NCBI GenBank assembly: GCA_949300385.1
Contig: CASGDZ010000002.1
Coordinates: forward strand, 111,758-175,757
Direction: 5' to 3'
Source of the DNA: an uncultured Christensenella sp.
GTDB lineage: Bacteria; Bacillota; Clostridia; Christensenellales; UBA1242
Length of the DNA stretch: 64,000 nucleotides
Shown: in pieces, positions 30,710 to 40,507 of the stretch
How positions within the stretch are numbered: position 1 is the stretch's first letter
Layout of the letters: every line of letters starts with the position of its first letter
Notes under the pieces: generated by a model
Databases searched by the model: none
Told to the model about the DNA's origin: nothing
What the model saw: the letters and a program-made list of their open reading frames with translations, nothing else
Translations under genes and position numbers: made by a program

Positions 30710-32932
30710 TTAAAAATCATTTTTATTAAAATCTTCAATTAAAAAATCTTTTAACAAAGTATATCGCTTAGCAGTGTAGTTATTATGAATCATTCTTGCT
30801 AGCATTTGTTTACTTCCTACTAAGACGACTGCTTTTTTTGCACGAGTAATTGCGGTATATAGTAAATTTCTAGTAATTATAATCGGAGCGCCTGGAACGA
30901 GCGGAATTACAACGCAATCAAATTCGCTTCCCTGGCTTTTATGAATAGTTATCGCATACGCTAGCGTTATCTGATATAATTCGCTAGACGAATATTTGCA
31001 TATTTTTCCATCGTCAAAACGGATGGTAACTTCGCGTGTTTCAGAAGTTATATTCGTAATGTATCCCATATCCCCATTAAATACGCCTGTGCCAGTAAGA
31101 GTAGTGCCATTATCTTCGTATTTTTCATATGGCAACTCGTAATGGTTAATGATTTGCATAACTTTATCGCCAACATGATATTTTGTAAATTCATTTTCTA
31201 TCTCTACGCCACTCATATGTGGATTTATGGTTATTTGAAGTCGTCTATTCAAATTATCTATTCCGCATGGCCCTGATTTCATAGGCGCAAGCACTTGAAT
31301 TTCAGATGGTTTAAAACCAAAATAGTTTGGTAGTCTAGTCGTAACCATATCTATTATAGTTTCGCTATTTTGGACTAAATCTTTACCTTCTGAGAAGAAA
31401 AAATCCTTGCTACTATTATCAATTATCGGCATTTTACCGCTGTTAATTAAATGAGCATTCGTAATAATTAGACTTTCACTTCCCTGTCGATATATATTTA
31501 CTAATTGAGTGGTGTGAACTTTTTTGCTTTCTATTAAATCACGCAGTACATTACCTGCCCCGACGCTTGGAAGTTGATCTTTATCGCCCACCATAATTAA
31601 ACGCGTAGTAGAGCGAAGTGCTTTTAAAAGATGATAGAATAACCCAACATCAACCATGCTCATTTCGTCAACAATAACTACATCTGCGTCCAACGGATTA
31701 TTTTCATTTCTGTGAAAAATTCCTTCACCTTCATGAGTGGGATTGACCTCAAGTATCCTATGAATCGTTTTTGCCTCAACGCCACTGCTTTCACTAAGGC
31801 GTTTTGAGGCGCGCCCTGTCGGTGCGCATAACAAAACGCGCTTATTTTGTTGCTTAAACATATCGAGAATACATCGAACAATTGTCGTTTTTCCTGTACC
31901 TGGACCGCCCGTAATAATTGACGCACCTTTATTTAGACTTGCGAGTACGGCATCTGTTTGCTCGCCATTTAGTTGAATTTTATTTAATTTTTGATAAAAA
32001 TTAATATGCTCTAAAAAATCAAATTTATCTTCGAATATATTAAATGATAATTTGTATAATTTTTGAGATATGTATCTTTCTTGATAATAGAATTTTGTTA
32101 AAACGACAATGTCTTCGCCATGGTAAGTAAAATTTTTAGTTAGACCTTCAATTTGTAAATAATCAATCGTTTTTTCTATTAAATTTCGTTCATTTTCGCT
32201 AAAATTTAAAATTTGTAAGCAATTTAATATTAAATTTTCTTTTGGAAGATATGTGTGACCCTCACGCTCGCTAGACAATTTTAATGTATATATTAGTCCT
32301 GCTTTAATTCTGTTTTCTCCGTACAAATCAATTCCGAGTTTTAAAGCAATTTTGTCCGCAGTAGTAAAGCCTATTCCGTCCACATCTTCAACTAGTTGAT
32401 AAGGGTTAGATTTAACTAATTCGATAGTGCGCTCTTTGTAAATATTATAAATTTTTATTGCTAAATTTGTCCCAATTTGATGTGATTGCAAAAACATTAT
32501 AGCGTTTTGCATTTCTTTCATTTCGTTGTATGCGTTTGAGATTTCAACCGCTTTTTGTTTGCTTATTCCGCGTATTTTTGCTAGTTTAATTGGGTTGAAT
32601 TCAAGAATGGATAAGGTGTCTTCTTTAAATTCGTCTACAATTTTTTTCGCAGTTACAGGACCTATTCCGTATATTAATCCGCTAGACAAATATTTTTCTA
32701 TTGCAGGCAGTGTGGTGGGCTCAATGACATGCGCTTCGTCTACTTTAAATTGTTCACCAAATTTTTTGTTAACCACGAACTCGCCGTTTAATTCAAGCGT
32801 CTGACCTTCGTAGACTTCAGGCAAATTTCCAACTGCTGTTAGTCGTTTGTTTTCGTATAACAAAACAATAACGGAGTAGCCATTCTCCGCGTTTCTAAAC
32901 ACTGTATTTTCAACCGAACCAACAATCTTCAT
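30710..32932 (-). CDS. recD2: ATP-dependent RecD2-like DNA helicase
   Basis: HhH GIGPVTA, NPY, Walker A GGPGTGKT, APTGRAS, DEMSM, GDKDQLPSVG and HKSQGSEF motifs; 740 aa. Confidence 0.96.
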   Translation of the reverse strand: MKIVGSVENTVFRNAENGYSVIVLLYENKRLTAVGNLPEVYEGQTLELNGEFVVNKKFGEQFKVDEAHVIEPTTLPAIEKYLSSGLIYGIGPVTAKKIVDEFKEDTLSILEFNPIKLAKIRGISKQKAVEISNAYNEMKEMQNAIMFLQSHQIGTNLAIKIYNIYKERTIELVKSNPYQLVEDVDGIGFTTADKIALKLGIDLYGENRIKAGLIYTLKLSSEREGHTYLPKENLILNCLQILNFSENERNLIEKTIDYLQIEGLTKNFTYHGEDIVVLTKFYYQERYISQKLYKLSFNIFEDKFDFLEHINFYQKLNKIQLNGEQTDAVLASLNKGASIITGGPGTGKTTIVRCILDMFKQQNKRVLLCAPTGRASKRLSESSGVEAKTIHRILEVNPTHEGEGIFHRNENNPLDADVVIVDEMSMVDVGLFYHLLKALRSTTRLIMVGDKDQLPSVGAGNVLRDLIESKKVHTTQLVNIYRQGSESLIITNAHLINSGKMPIIDNSSKDFFFSEGKDLVQNSETIIDMVTTRLPNYFGFKPSEIQVLAPMKSGPCGIDNLNRRLQITINPHMSGVEIENEFTKYHVGDKVMQIINHYELPYEKYEDNGTTLTGTGVFNGDMGYITNITSETREVTIRFDDGKICKYSSSELYQITLAYAITIHKSQGSEFDCVVIPLVPGAPIIITRNLLYTAITRAKKAVVLVGSKQMLARMIHNNYTAKRYTLLKDFLIEDFNKNDF

Positions 32933-32938
32933 TATAAT

Positions 32939-32967
32939 ATACTACTACTTTTTGTCCATTTTGTAAA
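32939..32967 (-). promoter_or_regulatory. Putative recD2 promoter giving a leaderless transcript
   Basis: Minus strand reads TTTACA-17bp-TAGTAT-6nt-ATG, with no SD. Confidence 0.5.
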
Positions 32968-32982
32968 ACATAATTAAAATAT

Positions 32983-33011
32983 TTGGATAATAACATAAAT
33001 TTTTGTATAAT
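32983..33011 (+). promoter_or_regulatory. Putative mscL promoter
   Basis: TTGGAT-17bp-TATAAT. Confidence 0.55.
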
Positions 33012-33059
33012 GAAAGAAAATATACAAAGGAAAGTCGTTAAGTACTATTAGGAGAAATT

Positions 33060-33683
33060 GTGAAGAAGTTTTTTGATGATTTTAAAAAATTTATAAAAAG
33101 AGGAAATGTATTTGATTTGGCAATCGGTGTTGTTGTCGGTGCCGCATTTACAAGCATTGTGACAGCATTGTCTAATGGAATTATTATGCCGTTAATTAAA
33201 ATTTTACTTATGCGAATAGGTGGTAATAACTTCGATAGCATATACACCATATTGCATGGAGTTTATACCACCGATCCTGCTACTGGTCAAACTGTACTCG
33301 ACTTAACTAATAGTATTTATATTGATTGGGGCGCATTTATAACCGCTGTAATAAATTTCTTTATTATTGCCATCACCCTATTTGTAGTTTTGCGTGTAGC
33401 AATGCGTAGTAGCGAACTATTTAAAAAGGCAGAGCAGGAAATTAAAAAAATACATTTAACTAAAGCAGATAAAATAGAATTAAAAAATAGGGGTATATCA
33501 TTAAAGAATAAAGAAGCTGTTAAAGCATATAAAGAAGAAAAACAAAAAATGATTGAAGAAAAACTAAAAGCAGAGCAAAATGCAAAAGTTCAAGCGGACA
33601 ATCAAATGAAAATCCCTAATCAAGAACAACTTTTGACAGAAATTAGAGATTTGCTAAAAGATATGAAAAATTCAAGTAAATAA
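33060..33683 (+). CDS. mscL: Large-conductance mechanosensitive channel with extended cytoplasmic region
   Basis: FKKFIKRGNVFDLAIGVVVGAAF, WGAFITAVINFFIIA and C-terminal LLTEIRDLLK. GTG start with AGGAGA RBS. Confidence 0.95.
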   Translation: MKKFFDDFKKFIKRGNVFDLAIGVVVGAAFTSIVTALSNGIIMPLIKILLMRIGGNNFDSIYTILHGVYTTDPATGQTVLDLTNSIYIDWGAFITAVINFFIIAITLFVVLRVAMRSSELFKKAEQEIKKIHLTKADKIELKNRGISLKNKEAVKAYKEEKQKMIEEKLKAEQNAKVQADNQMKIPNQEQLLTEIRDLLKDMKNSSK

Positions 33684-33814
33684 ATTTAAAATTAATATCA
33701 AATTATTTATATCATATTGTATTTTGAATTATCTCTTATGTTTATGTAAATTGTATTGTTATTTGTTAAGTACTTTATTAATTGTTATACTATTTCTTTC
33801 TTATCGAAAACCAT

Positions 33815-33843
33815 ATGTCGTTTCTTTTTGGGCGACATTTTTT
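33815..33843 (+). terminator. Putative intrinsic terminator after mscL
   Basis: ATGTCGTT...GGCGACAT stem followed by a T-run. Confidence 0.6.
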
Positions 33844-34149
33844 ATTAAAAATATAAACATATAAGTAATCTAAATCTAAGATAATATAACGACACAATTT
33901 ATAATTCTAAGATTAACATGAAAATGCGATATATATAAACTCATATGACAAAAATTTTTTAATATGGTATGTTTACGAATTTATACATAATATAATTTTT
34001 TATAGCATAAAAATTTTAAAATGATAAAAAATGTTTAAAGAATACATTAAAAATTGATATTTTATTAAATTTTTTTAAAAAAATGAATTAAAATGAACTA
34101 TTTAAAAACTTTATCAAACATTTCATATAAGAAATTTTAAAATCACCTA

Positions 34150-34177
34150 TTGACAAAATCAATAATTCGGGTATAAT
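34150..34177 (+). promoter_or_regulatory. sigmaA promoter
   Basis: TTGACA-16bp-TATAAT. Confidence 0.8.
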
Positions 34178-34220
34178 AAAGTTAACAAACATGACTTTTA
34201 GTCAAGTGGAGGGGAAGGAT

Positions 34221-37200
34221 ATGAAAAAATTTCTAGCTGTTCTCGTCGCAATTGTAGTTGTAGTATGTATAGGACTTACAACTTATTATTTTTTGCGAAA
34301 CGACGAAGTGATCAGTTTTAATACAACTGAAATCTATTGCAACATAGGAGATAAAATCACTATTCAACAACTCGGCAAATCAGTTAAGCGTGAATCTAAT
34401 AAAACTACATATGATTACAACGCCGGTGGAGAAGAAGTGACAAATCATATTCAGTTTGATGAAAAGGCTGGATATTATGTCGTCAATGATACAAATGGCG
34501 GAGATGTTGAATTAGTTATTAAAACTTCTAACGAAAACTATTCCGAATTTAAGATTTTAGTGCACATTGGCGATGGTTCTGAAACAAATCCATTCTATAT
34601 TTCAAATGCTACTGAATTCGCTTCAATCGGTACAGGTATATTTGGTTTAAGCAAAAATTATATGTTAATGTCAAATATCACTCTTGGCGCCGATTTTATG
34701 CCTATTGGTACTACTAGCGGAGCAGAAACTAATTATGGCTTTACAGGTACATTTGATGGTAATGGATATACAATCTCTGGTTTAAATTTAACAGGTACTG
34801 ATTATTTAAACGCAGGTCTATTTACAAAACTTACAGGTGCAACAATTAGTGAATTAAAAATTAATGCACCTATTGTCAATGGTAGTTATTTGACAGCGGG
34901 TGCACTTGCAGGTACTATCACAAATAGTAATGTTACTAAGGTCGCAGTAATAGACGCAAATATTACAAACAATATGACAAGCCAAACATTTGTAGGTGCT
35001 TTGGCGGGCGCGATTGAAGGTGTAAATTCAAATGTAAACTTATCTTATGCAACAGGAACAGTTTCTGGTACAAGAGATGTATGTATTGGTGGATTTGCAG
35101 GTTTAATCAGTGAAGCAAGTGTTCAATCTACTTATGCAGAAACAGAAATAATTGTTGCAGAAGATGCGACAGAAACTATGGCTGGTGGATTTGCTGGTGC
35201 GTTTAGAATTGGCGCGTCTAGTGGTACAATAAGAGAATCTTATGCTTATTCTTCTTCAGATTATATTAACTTTGCTTCATTTATATCTAATATAATGAAA
35301 GTTAGCGAAGGAACTGATATCGAAAAGAATAAATTGACATATTTAATAGGAAACTATGTTTACACTTCTAATGACAAGATTATTAATGTAAACGACTTAG
35401 ACGAATTGGCAGAAGAAGGACAGACTTTTGAGTTATACAACTCAACTAAAGAAATTTACATGGTTGTACCTATTACGTCATGGTCGGATATTCAAGCTTT
35501 ACCTATATTCTACGCAGTTAATGGAAAAGTGACTTATTGGAGCGAGTTGAATTGGACATTAACTAGCGGTCAACCAACATTAAAAATTGATAGTGGTAAC
35601 ACTACCATTAGTCAAGTATCTAGCGAATATTTCAGAAAAGATTTAAATACAGAAATTGTAAATAATCAAGAAGCATTTATATCATTAATAGAGAGTGCAA
35701 AAGCATCTGGCAATACTATAGAGAATAAGAAATATGCACTTTCTGAGAATTTGACAATTGATGTATCAAGCATGGGTGAATGGACACCTATAACATTAAT
35801 AAATAGTGTTATTGATTTTAATGGTGCTACTATAACTGGTTTGACATTATCTAATGGCGTTAGCGGTGAAGACCAAAATGTATTGCTTGGAATGTTCTCT
35901 AAAATACAAAATTCTGCAGTCAAGAATTTAACAATTGACGGAGTAACAATAAGCGGAAATGCAACTTATGCTGGCGCATTGGCGGGTGTTGTAAATTCTG
36001 TTGACGCTAATCTTGGCGTCTCATCTATAGAAAATGTTAATGTAACATATGCGGATTCTGTAAATTCTACTATTGAGAATTTGGGCGGACTCGTTGGACG
36101 AATCGACAACGGAACAATAATAGAAAATAGTTCGGTTGCAAACATGAACACAAATAGTAGCGCAAATATTACTAATGTGGCAGGATTGGTTGCTGTAGTT
36201 AATGATAATTTATCTTCTATTAGTAATTGTGAAGTAAATATTGGCAATGACGGATATTTATATGCAACAAATGGTGTGGCTGGATTGGTTGTAGTTAATA
36301 ATGGTATACTTAACAATAACAGCGGTTCAATAAAAGTTGCTTATAATAGAAATGATGTCGTAGGTGATATCAATGTTGCAGGTTTAGTTGCTGAAAATAA
36401 TGGCTCTATTGTTGGTGGCGAATATGTCATTGACATTAACATTGATATGACAAATCAAGTTATCAATGTCGCTGGTATTACGACTACTAACAATGGCAGA
36501 ATAGAAAATATAACTTTAACTGGTGAAGGAATCAGTATAAAGAATGTACTTGCTGACGCAGTATATGTTGGCGGATTGGTAGTAAACAATAATGGTGCTA
36601 TTGATAATGGCTATAACTTAATGGAAAGTGTCGGAACTTATTATGAAGGTAAAAATTTTGTAGTAGGCGGTATCGCTGTATACAATTCAAATGAAAATTC
36701 TTCTATAAGACAAGTAATTGCAGGCTCTAATGTATACGGAAATACGGTCGCAGGTGTAGTTGTAGAAATGAACAATCGTAGCGCTCAAATTAATCAAGTT
36801 TTAGTAGCAGGATTTGACACTTCAACTGACACAATAACAGCAAAAGAAATTAAGGGCGATAAATATGTCGCTGGTGTTGCTTACGATTTATCTGCAGGAC
36901 TTATAACTAATGTTCAAGCACAAAGCAATTTGGTTGGAGCAACTAACACAACTCGGACTTCGCTTATAGTTCTTATCTTCCCAGATGGAGCAAAATTGAA
37001 TAATTCTTCAATTAATAGCACACTTGATGGAAATGGTACATTCTATCGCGAAACTTGGGCGGATTATGACTCAACTAAACCATTTGGAAGCATATCTAAA
37101 AATGCTAACTTTAATTTGTTTGCAGTAAATTCAGCAGCAGGTGAAATGCAAGGCGTTGTTATTAACACTGAGAAGGCTGGAGAACATGGTATATCTACTA

Positions 37201-37454
37201 TAAATGCAAGTTTTATTACAGAATATTTTGGTTCTACTTGTTCTTATGTTGGAGATGAAAATAGTAGTTTCTTTAAGACTGTAAATAACGCAGATTTCAT
37301 TAACTACACAACATACACAAGTAATTGTGTAATTACAGCACTTAGTGGTTGGTGGCAAACAACAGATTATTCATTTGCTATGAAATTTGATTTCAATGGC
37401 ACATGGTCAAATACGATTGACGGAATTAATCTAGCATTCGTATATAATATTTAA
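34221..37454 (+). CDS. N-terminally anchored GLUG-motif protein (~1,077 aa)
   Basis: Start moved to ATG 34221 (GGAGG RBS; MKKFLAVLVAIVVVVCIG...). GDGSETNPFYISNA and FTGTFDGNGYTISGL motifs, repeated AGALAG/GGLVG; two modules. Confidence 0.85.
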   Translation: MKKFLAVLVAIVVVVCIGLTTYYFLRNDEVISFNTTEIYCNIGDKITIQQLGKSVKRESNKTTYDYNAGGEEVTNHIQFDEKAGYYVVNDTNGGDVELVIKTSNENYSEFKILVHIGDGSETNPFYISNATEFASIGTGIFGLSKNYMLMSNITLGADFMPIGTTSGAETNYGFTGTFDGNGYTISGLNLTGTDYLNAGLFTKLTGATISELKINAPIVNGSYLTAGALAGTITNSNVTKVAVIDANITNNMTSQTFVGALAGAIEGVNSNVNLSYATGTVSGTRDVCIGGFAGLISEASVQSTYAETEIIVAEDATETMAGGFAGAFRIGASSGTIRESYAYSSSDYINFASFISNIMKVSEGTDIEKNKLTYLIGNYVYTSNDKIINVNDLDELAEEGQTFELYNSTKEIYMVVPITSWSDIQALPIFYAVNGKVTYWSELNWTLTSGQPTLKIDSGNTTISQVSSEYFRKDLNTEIVNNQEAFISLIESAKASGNTIENKKYALSENLTIDVSSMGEWTPITLINSVIDFNGATITGLTLSNGVSGEDQNVLLGMFSKIQNSAVKNLTIDGVTISGNATYAGALAGVVNSVDANLGVSSIENVNVTYADSVNSTIENLGGLVGRIDNGTIIENSSVANMNTNSSANITNVAGLVAVVNDNLSSISNCEVNIGNDGYLYATNGVAGLVVVNNGILNNNSGSIKVAYNRNDVVGDINVAGLVAENNGSIVGGEYVIDINIDMTNQVINVAGITTTNNGRIENITLTGEGISIKNVLADAVYVGGLVVNNNGAIDNGYNLMESVGTYYEGKNFVVGGIAVYNSNENSSIRQVIAGSNVYGNTVAGVVVEMNNRSAQINQVLVAGFDTSTDTITAKEIKGDKYVAGVAYDLSAGLITNVQAQSNLVGATNTTRTSLIVLIFPDGAKLNNSSINSTLDGNGTFYRETWADYDSTKPFGSISKNANFNLFAVNSAAGEMQGVVINTEKAGEHGISTINASFITEYFGSTCSYVGDENSSFFKTVNNADFINYTTYTSNCVITALSGWWQTTDYSFAMKFDFNGTWSNTIDGINLAFVYNI

Positions 37455-37472
37455 TAAACTTTATAAACACAA

Positions 37473-37508
37473 AAAATAAAAAAGGCGAATAATTCGCCTT
37501 TTTATTTT
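37473..37508. terminator. Intrinsic terminator (potentially bidirectional)
   Basis: AAAAAGGCGAAT-a-ATTCGCCTTTTT. Confidence 0.88.
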
Positions 37509-37565
37509 ATATGTAAATTTTCATATTAATTATAAACATAAAACATTTATATTTTTAGTTCAAAT

Positions 37566-37592
37566 AAAAAAACGAAGGCATAGCCTTCGTTT
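37566..37592 (-). terminator. spoVG terminator
   Basis: AAACGAAGGC-ata-GCCTTCGTTT, with a U-run on the minus strand. Confidence 0.8.
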
Positions 37593-37620
37593 AGTCATAT
37601 AAACTAACAATTATTGAAGT

Positions 37621-37893
37621 TTATTCTTGACCTTTTGCTTTTTCTTGCTCGTAAGCACTTAGTAATAAAGAACTAAGTTCTTCCCTGGTTGCAGTGTTCG
37701 CTGGATGCACAATGTCTTTGTATTCTCCATTAGGTTTTTGTCTGCGAGGCATAGCGATGAAATAACCATTAGAGCCTTCAATAATCTTAACGTCATGAAC
37801 AACAAATGCGTCGTCGATAGTGAATGAGGCAATGGCTTTCAACTTGCTATCATCCTTAGTTACCAAGTTGATTCTAATGTCTGCTATTTTCAA
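37621..37893 (-). CDS. spoVG: Septation/regulatory protein SpoVG
   Basis: KLKAIASFTIDDAFVVHDVKIIEG...FIAMP...GEYKDIVHP. TTG start with GGAAGGTG RBS; TTGCCA-17-TAAAAT promoter at 37942-37970. Confidence 0.95.
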   Translation of the reverse strand: MKIADIRINLVTKDDSKLKAIASFTIDDAFVVHDVKIIEGSNGYFIAMPRRQKPNGEYKDIVHPANTATREELSSLLLSAYEQEKAKGQE

Positions 37894-38081
37894 GTCTGTT
37901 CACCTTCCCCTTTTTAGATTAACTACTTTGTAGTCAATAATATTTTACCTAAAAATTATTGTTTTGGCAAATGTTTTTAGTAATTATTTATTTTTAATAA
38001 CAAGATTTTCTAAAATAAAAAATATATAAATATATTTTCTAATTTAATTACATATTTTATCTTTTATTCATATAAAAAAAT

Positions 38082-39332
38082 ATGGATTCAAGTATAAGAT
38101 CAATTTTATTTTTAGGTATTGGTGGGGTAAGTATGCACCAATTAGCGTTATGTTACAAAAAAAGCGGATACGCGGTCTTCGGATATGACGCAAAAAAGAA
38201 TAAATACACGACAATTTGTCAAAAGGCAAAAATCCCTTTTACTACTCGATTTAATAGTGAGTTTACAAATGTCGATTTATGCATTAAGACAGGGGCTATT
38301 AAAGATGATAATAAATATGTTAAAATTATGAAATTAAAGCATATTAAAGTCATAGACAGGGCACAGGCTCTAGCAGATATCTCAAAAGAATTTAAGTGTG
38401 TTATTGCAGTGGCAGGTACGCACGGAAAATCAACTACTTCATCTCTAATATATGAGATTTTAAGGCAAGCAAAATTCAATGTTTCATGTCATATAGGTGC
38501 GGATGTATTTTCGCCGAGATTTGAATTGGGCGATGACTATTTGGTTGTGGAAGCGTGCGAGTATAATAAGAGTTTTTTGTCCCTTTATCCAGATATTTCT
38601 GTCATTACAAATGTGGAAGCGGAGCATATGGATAGTTATAAAACAATGTTTAATTTACGCAATGCTTTTTCAACCTTTTTAAAGCGTGGGTTAGTTAGAT
38701 TTGCGTATAATGACGAATGTAATATGTTTTTAAGGCGGGTGAAGAATGTTAAATTTGTGGATAAAACTGATCTTAATATATCGCCAAAGATAAAAGGCGA
38801 ACACAATCTTAAAAATATATCGCTCGCAATAGCAGTGGCGCAATATTTAAAAATTGATGATAAAATTATTGCAAAAGCAGTCAATTCTTTTATAGGGATA
38901 CCAAGGCGATATGAATTTATAGGCGACTATAATGGTATTCGCACATATATAGATTATGCGCATCACCCAACCGAAATTGAAGCATTTATATCTACTTTTG
39001 ACGAAGATTTTAAAAATAATTTAATAGTGTTTCAACCGCATACATATTCTCGAACAAAAAATTTTTTATCCGATTTTGTGCGCGTGCTATCAAAAGTAAA
39101 AAACCTATGTATTTATAAGGAGTATCCTGCAAGAGAAAAGCGCATTTCAGGCATGACAGCATACGAATTATATAAGGAAATAAAGAAGAAAAACACTAAT
39201 GTACACTACTCTGCAAGCGTAAAATCGGTTGTTGATAAAATAAAAAAATATGACGCAATTGCCTTCGTTGGAGCGGGTGATATAGACCAAATTGCTAAAA
39301 AGATTGTCAAAATAACTAAAAAAAAGTGTTGA
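38082..39332 (+). CDS. murC: UDP-N-acetylmuramate--L-alanine ligase (compact, 416 aa)
   Basis: GIGGVSM, GTHGKSTT, VEACEY, EHMD, DYAHHPTEI, FQPHTYSRT and GAGDI motifs. Confidence 0.92.
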   Translation: MDSSIRSILFLGIGGVSMHQLALCYKKSGYAVFGYDAKKNKYTTICQKAKIPFTTRFNSEFTNVDLCIKTGAIKDDNKYVKIMKLKHIKVIDRAQALADISKEFKCVIAVAGTHGKSTTSSLIYEILRQAKFNVSCHIGADVFSPRFELGDDYLVVEACEYNKSFLSLYPDISVITNVEAEHMDSYKTMFNLRNAFSTFLKRGLVRFAYNDECNMFLRRVKNVKFVDKTDLNISPKIKGEHNLKNISLAIAVAQYLKIDDKIIAKAVNSFIGIPRRYEFIGDYNGIRTYIDYAHHPTEIEAFISTFDEDFKNNLIVFQPHTYSRTKNFLSDFVRVLSKVKNLCIYKEYPAREKRISGMTAYELYKEIKKKNTNVHYSASVKSVVDKIKKYDAIAFVGAGDIDQIAKKIVKITKKKC

Positions 39333-39357
39333 CAAAATAAATTATTCAATGTATAAT
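39329..39357 (+). promoter_or_regulatory. sigmaA promoter of rpmE-prmC-prfA
   Basis: TTGACA-17bp-TATAAT, overlapping the murC stop. Confidence 0.85.
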
Positions 39358-39388
39358 CATACCGCTAGAAAATTTTTAAGGAGTAGTT

Positions 39389-39607
39389 ATGAAGAAAGAT
39401 ATACAACCAAAATATGTTGAAGTAACTTTCGTCTGCGCTTGCGGTCATGAGTTTAAAAATAAGACATCTAAGCCAGGAGTTAAAGAAGGAGACATCGTTA
39501 AACTTGAAGTTTGCGACAAATGCCACCCATTCTTCACTGGTCAACAAAAACTTGTAGACACTGAAGGTCGCGTAGATAAGTTCAAGAAGAAATATAAATT
39601 TAATTAG
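39389..39607 (+). CDS. rpmE: 50S ribosomal protein L31 (Zn-binding form)
   Basis: CACG...[10 protein letters not shown]...GRVDKF. Confidence 0.97.
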   Translation: MKKDIQPKYVEVTFVCACGHEFKNKTSKPGVKEGDIVKLEVCDKCHPFFTGQQKLVDTEGRVDKFKKKYKFN

Positions 39608-39615
39608 CGTTTTTT

Positions 39616-39657
39616 GCGTTCCTTTTTTGCATAGGCAGAATAGGTGCGCGTTTTTTT
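39616..39657 (+). terminator. Imperfect terminator/attenuator between rpmE and prmC
   Basis: GCGTTCCT-TTTTTGC...GCAGAAT-AGGTGCGC followed by T7. Confidence 0.5.
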
Positions 39658-39679
39658 ATTTAAAGGCGGTTATGTAAAT

Positions 39680-40507
39680 ATGAAATTGATTGAATTTAGG
39701 AAGCAACTGAAACAAGAGGCAAAGTTGCACAATATAGACGCGGTAGACATAGACTACATAATTGCATATGTGTTAAATACACAGCGTACTGAACTTGCAT
39801 TGATTGACGAAATTAGCAAAAAAGATATTAAAAAAGTCAATGCTTTTATAAAAAAACGCTTTAAGCATATTCCTATCGATAAAATTTTAAAACGCGCATA
39901 CTTTTACGGCCTAGAATTTAAAGTAGACAGGAATGTTCTAACACCTAGACAGGATAGTGAAATTTTAATAGACACCGCACTTGATTTAATTAAATGCAAC
40001 AAATATAATTCAGTGCTTGATATGTGCTGTGGTTCGGGGTGTTTAGCAATTGCTATAAAGAAAAATGCTAACATAAATGTGGACGCGGTGGATATCTCAC
40101 ATAAAGCACTAAAAATTGCTAAAAAGAATGCAAAAGAGAATGGAACAAAAATTAAATTTATCCACTCAAACATGTTTAAAAATGTGGACAAACAATACGA
40201 TTTAATAATATCAAATCCGCCATATATATCATCATATGAGATACAAAACCTAGAAGAAGAAGTGAAGAATAATGACCCGCGCATATCTTTAGATGGCGGA
40301 GATGATGGACTTAAATTTTATCGTATAATACATGATAATTTAAAGAGAAATTTAAACAAAAATGGTTTATGTGTTTTAGAGATAGGAGAGGGACAAACAA
40401 ACGATATTATTACTATCTTTTCAGATTGTAAACTTGTCGGGAAATACAAAGATTATAACGATATAATTCGCTGTTTAGTGTTTAAGTTAAAGGAGGAGCA
40501 ATGTTAG
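39680..40507 (+). CDS. prmC: Release factor glutamine methyltransferase
   Basis: VLTPRQDSE, LDMCCGSGC and SNPPYI motifs; adjacent to prfA. Start moved to ATG 39680. Confidence 0.95.
   Translation: MKLIEFRKQLKQEAKLHNIDAVDIDYIIAYVLNTQRTELALIDEISKKDIKKVNAFIKKRFKHIPIDKILKRAYFYGLEFKVDRNVLTPRQDSEILIDTALDLIKCNKYNSVLDMCCGSGCLAIAIKKNANINVDAVDISHKALKIAKKNAKENGTKIKFIHSNMFKNVDKQYDLIISNPPYISSYEIQNLEEEVKNNDPRISLDGGDDGLKFYRIIHDNLKRNLNKNGLCVLEIGEGQTNDIITIFSDCKLVGKYKDYNDIIRCLVFKLKEEQC

Noticed and set aside
38050..38081. sigmaE-like promoter (CATATT...CATATAAA) before murC
   Set aside because: Such AT-rich words arise easily by chance in this spacer, and the spacing is not convincing.
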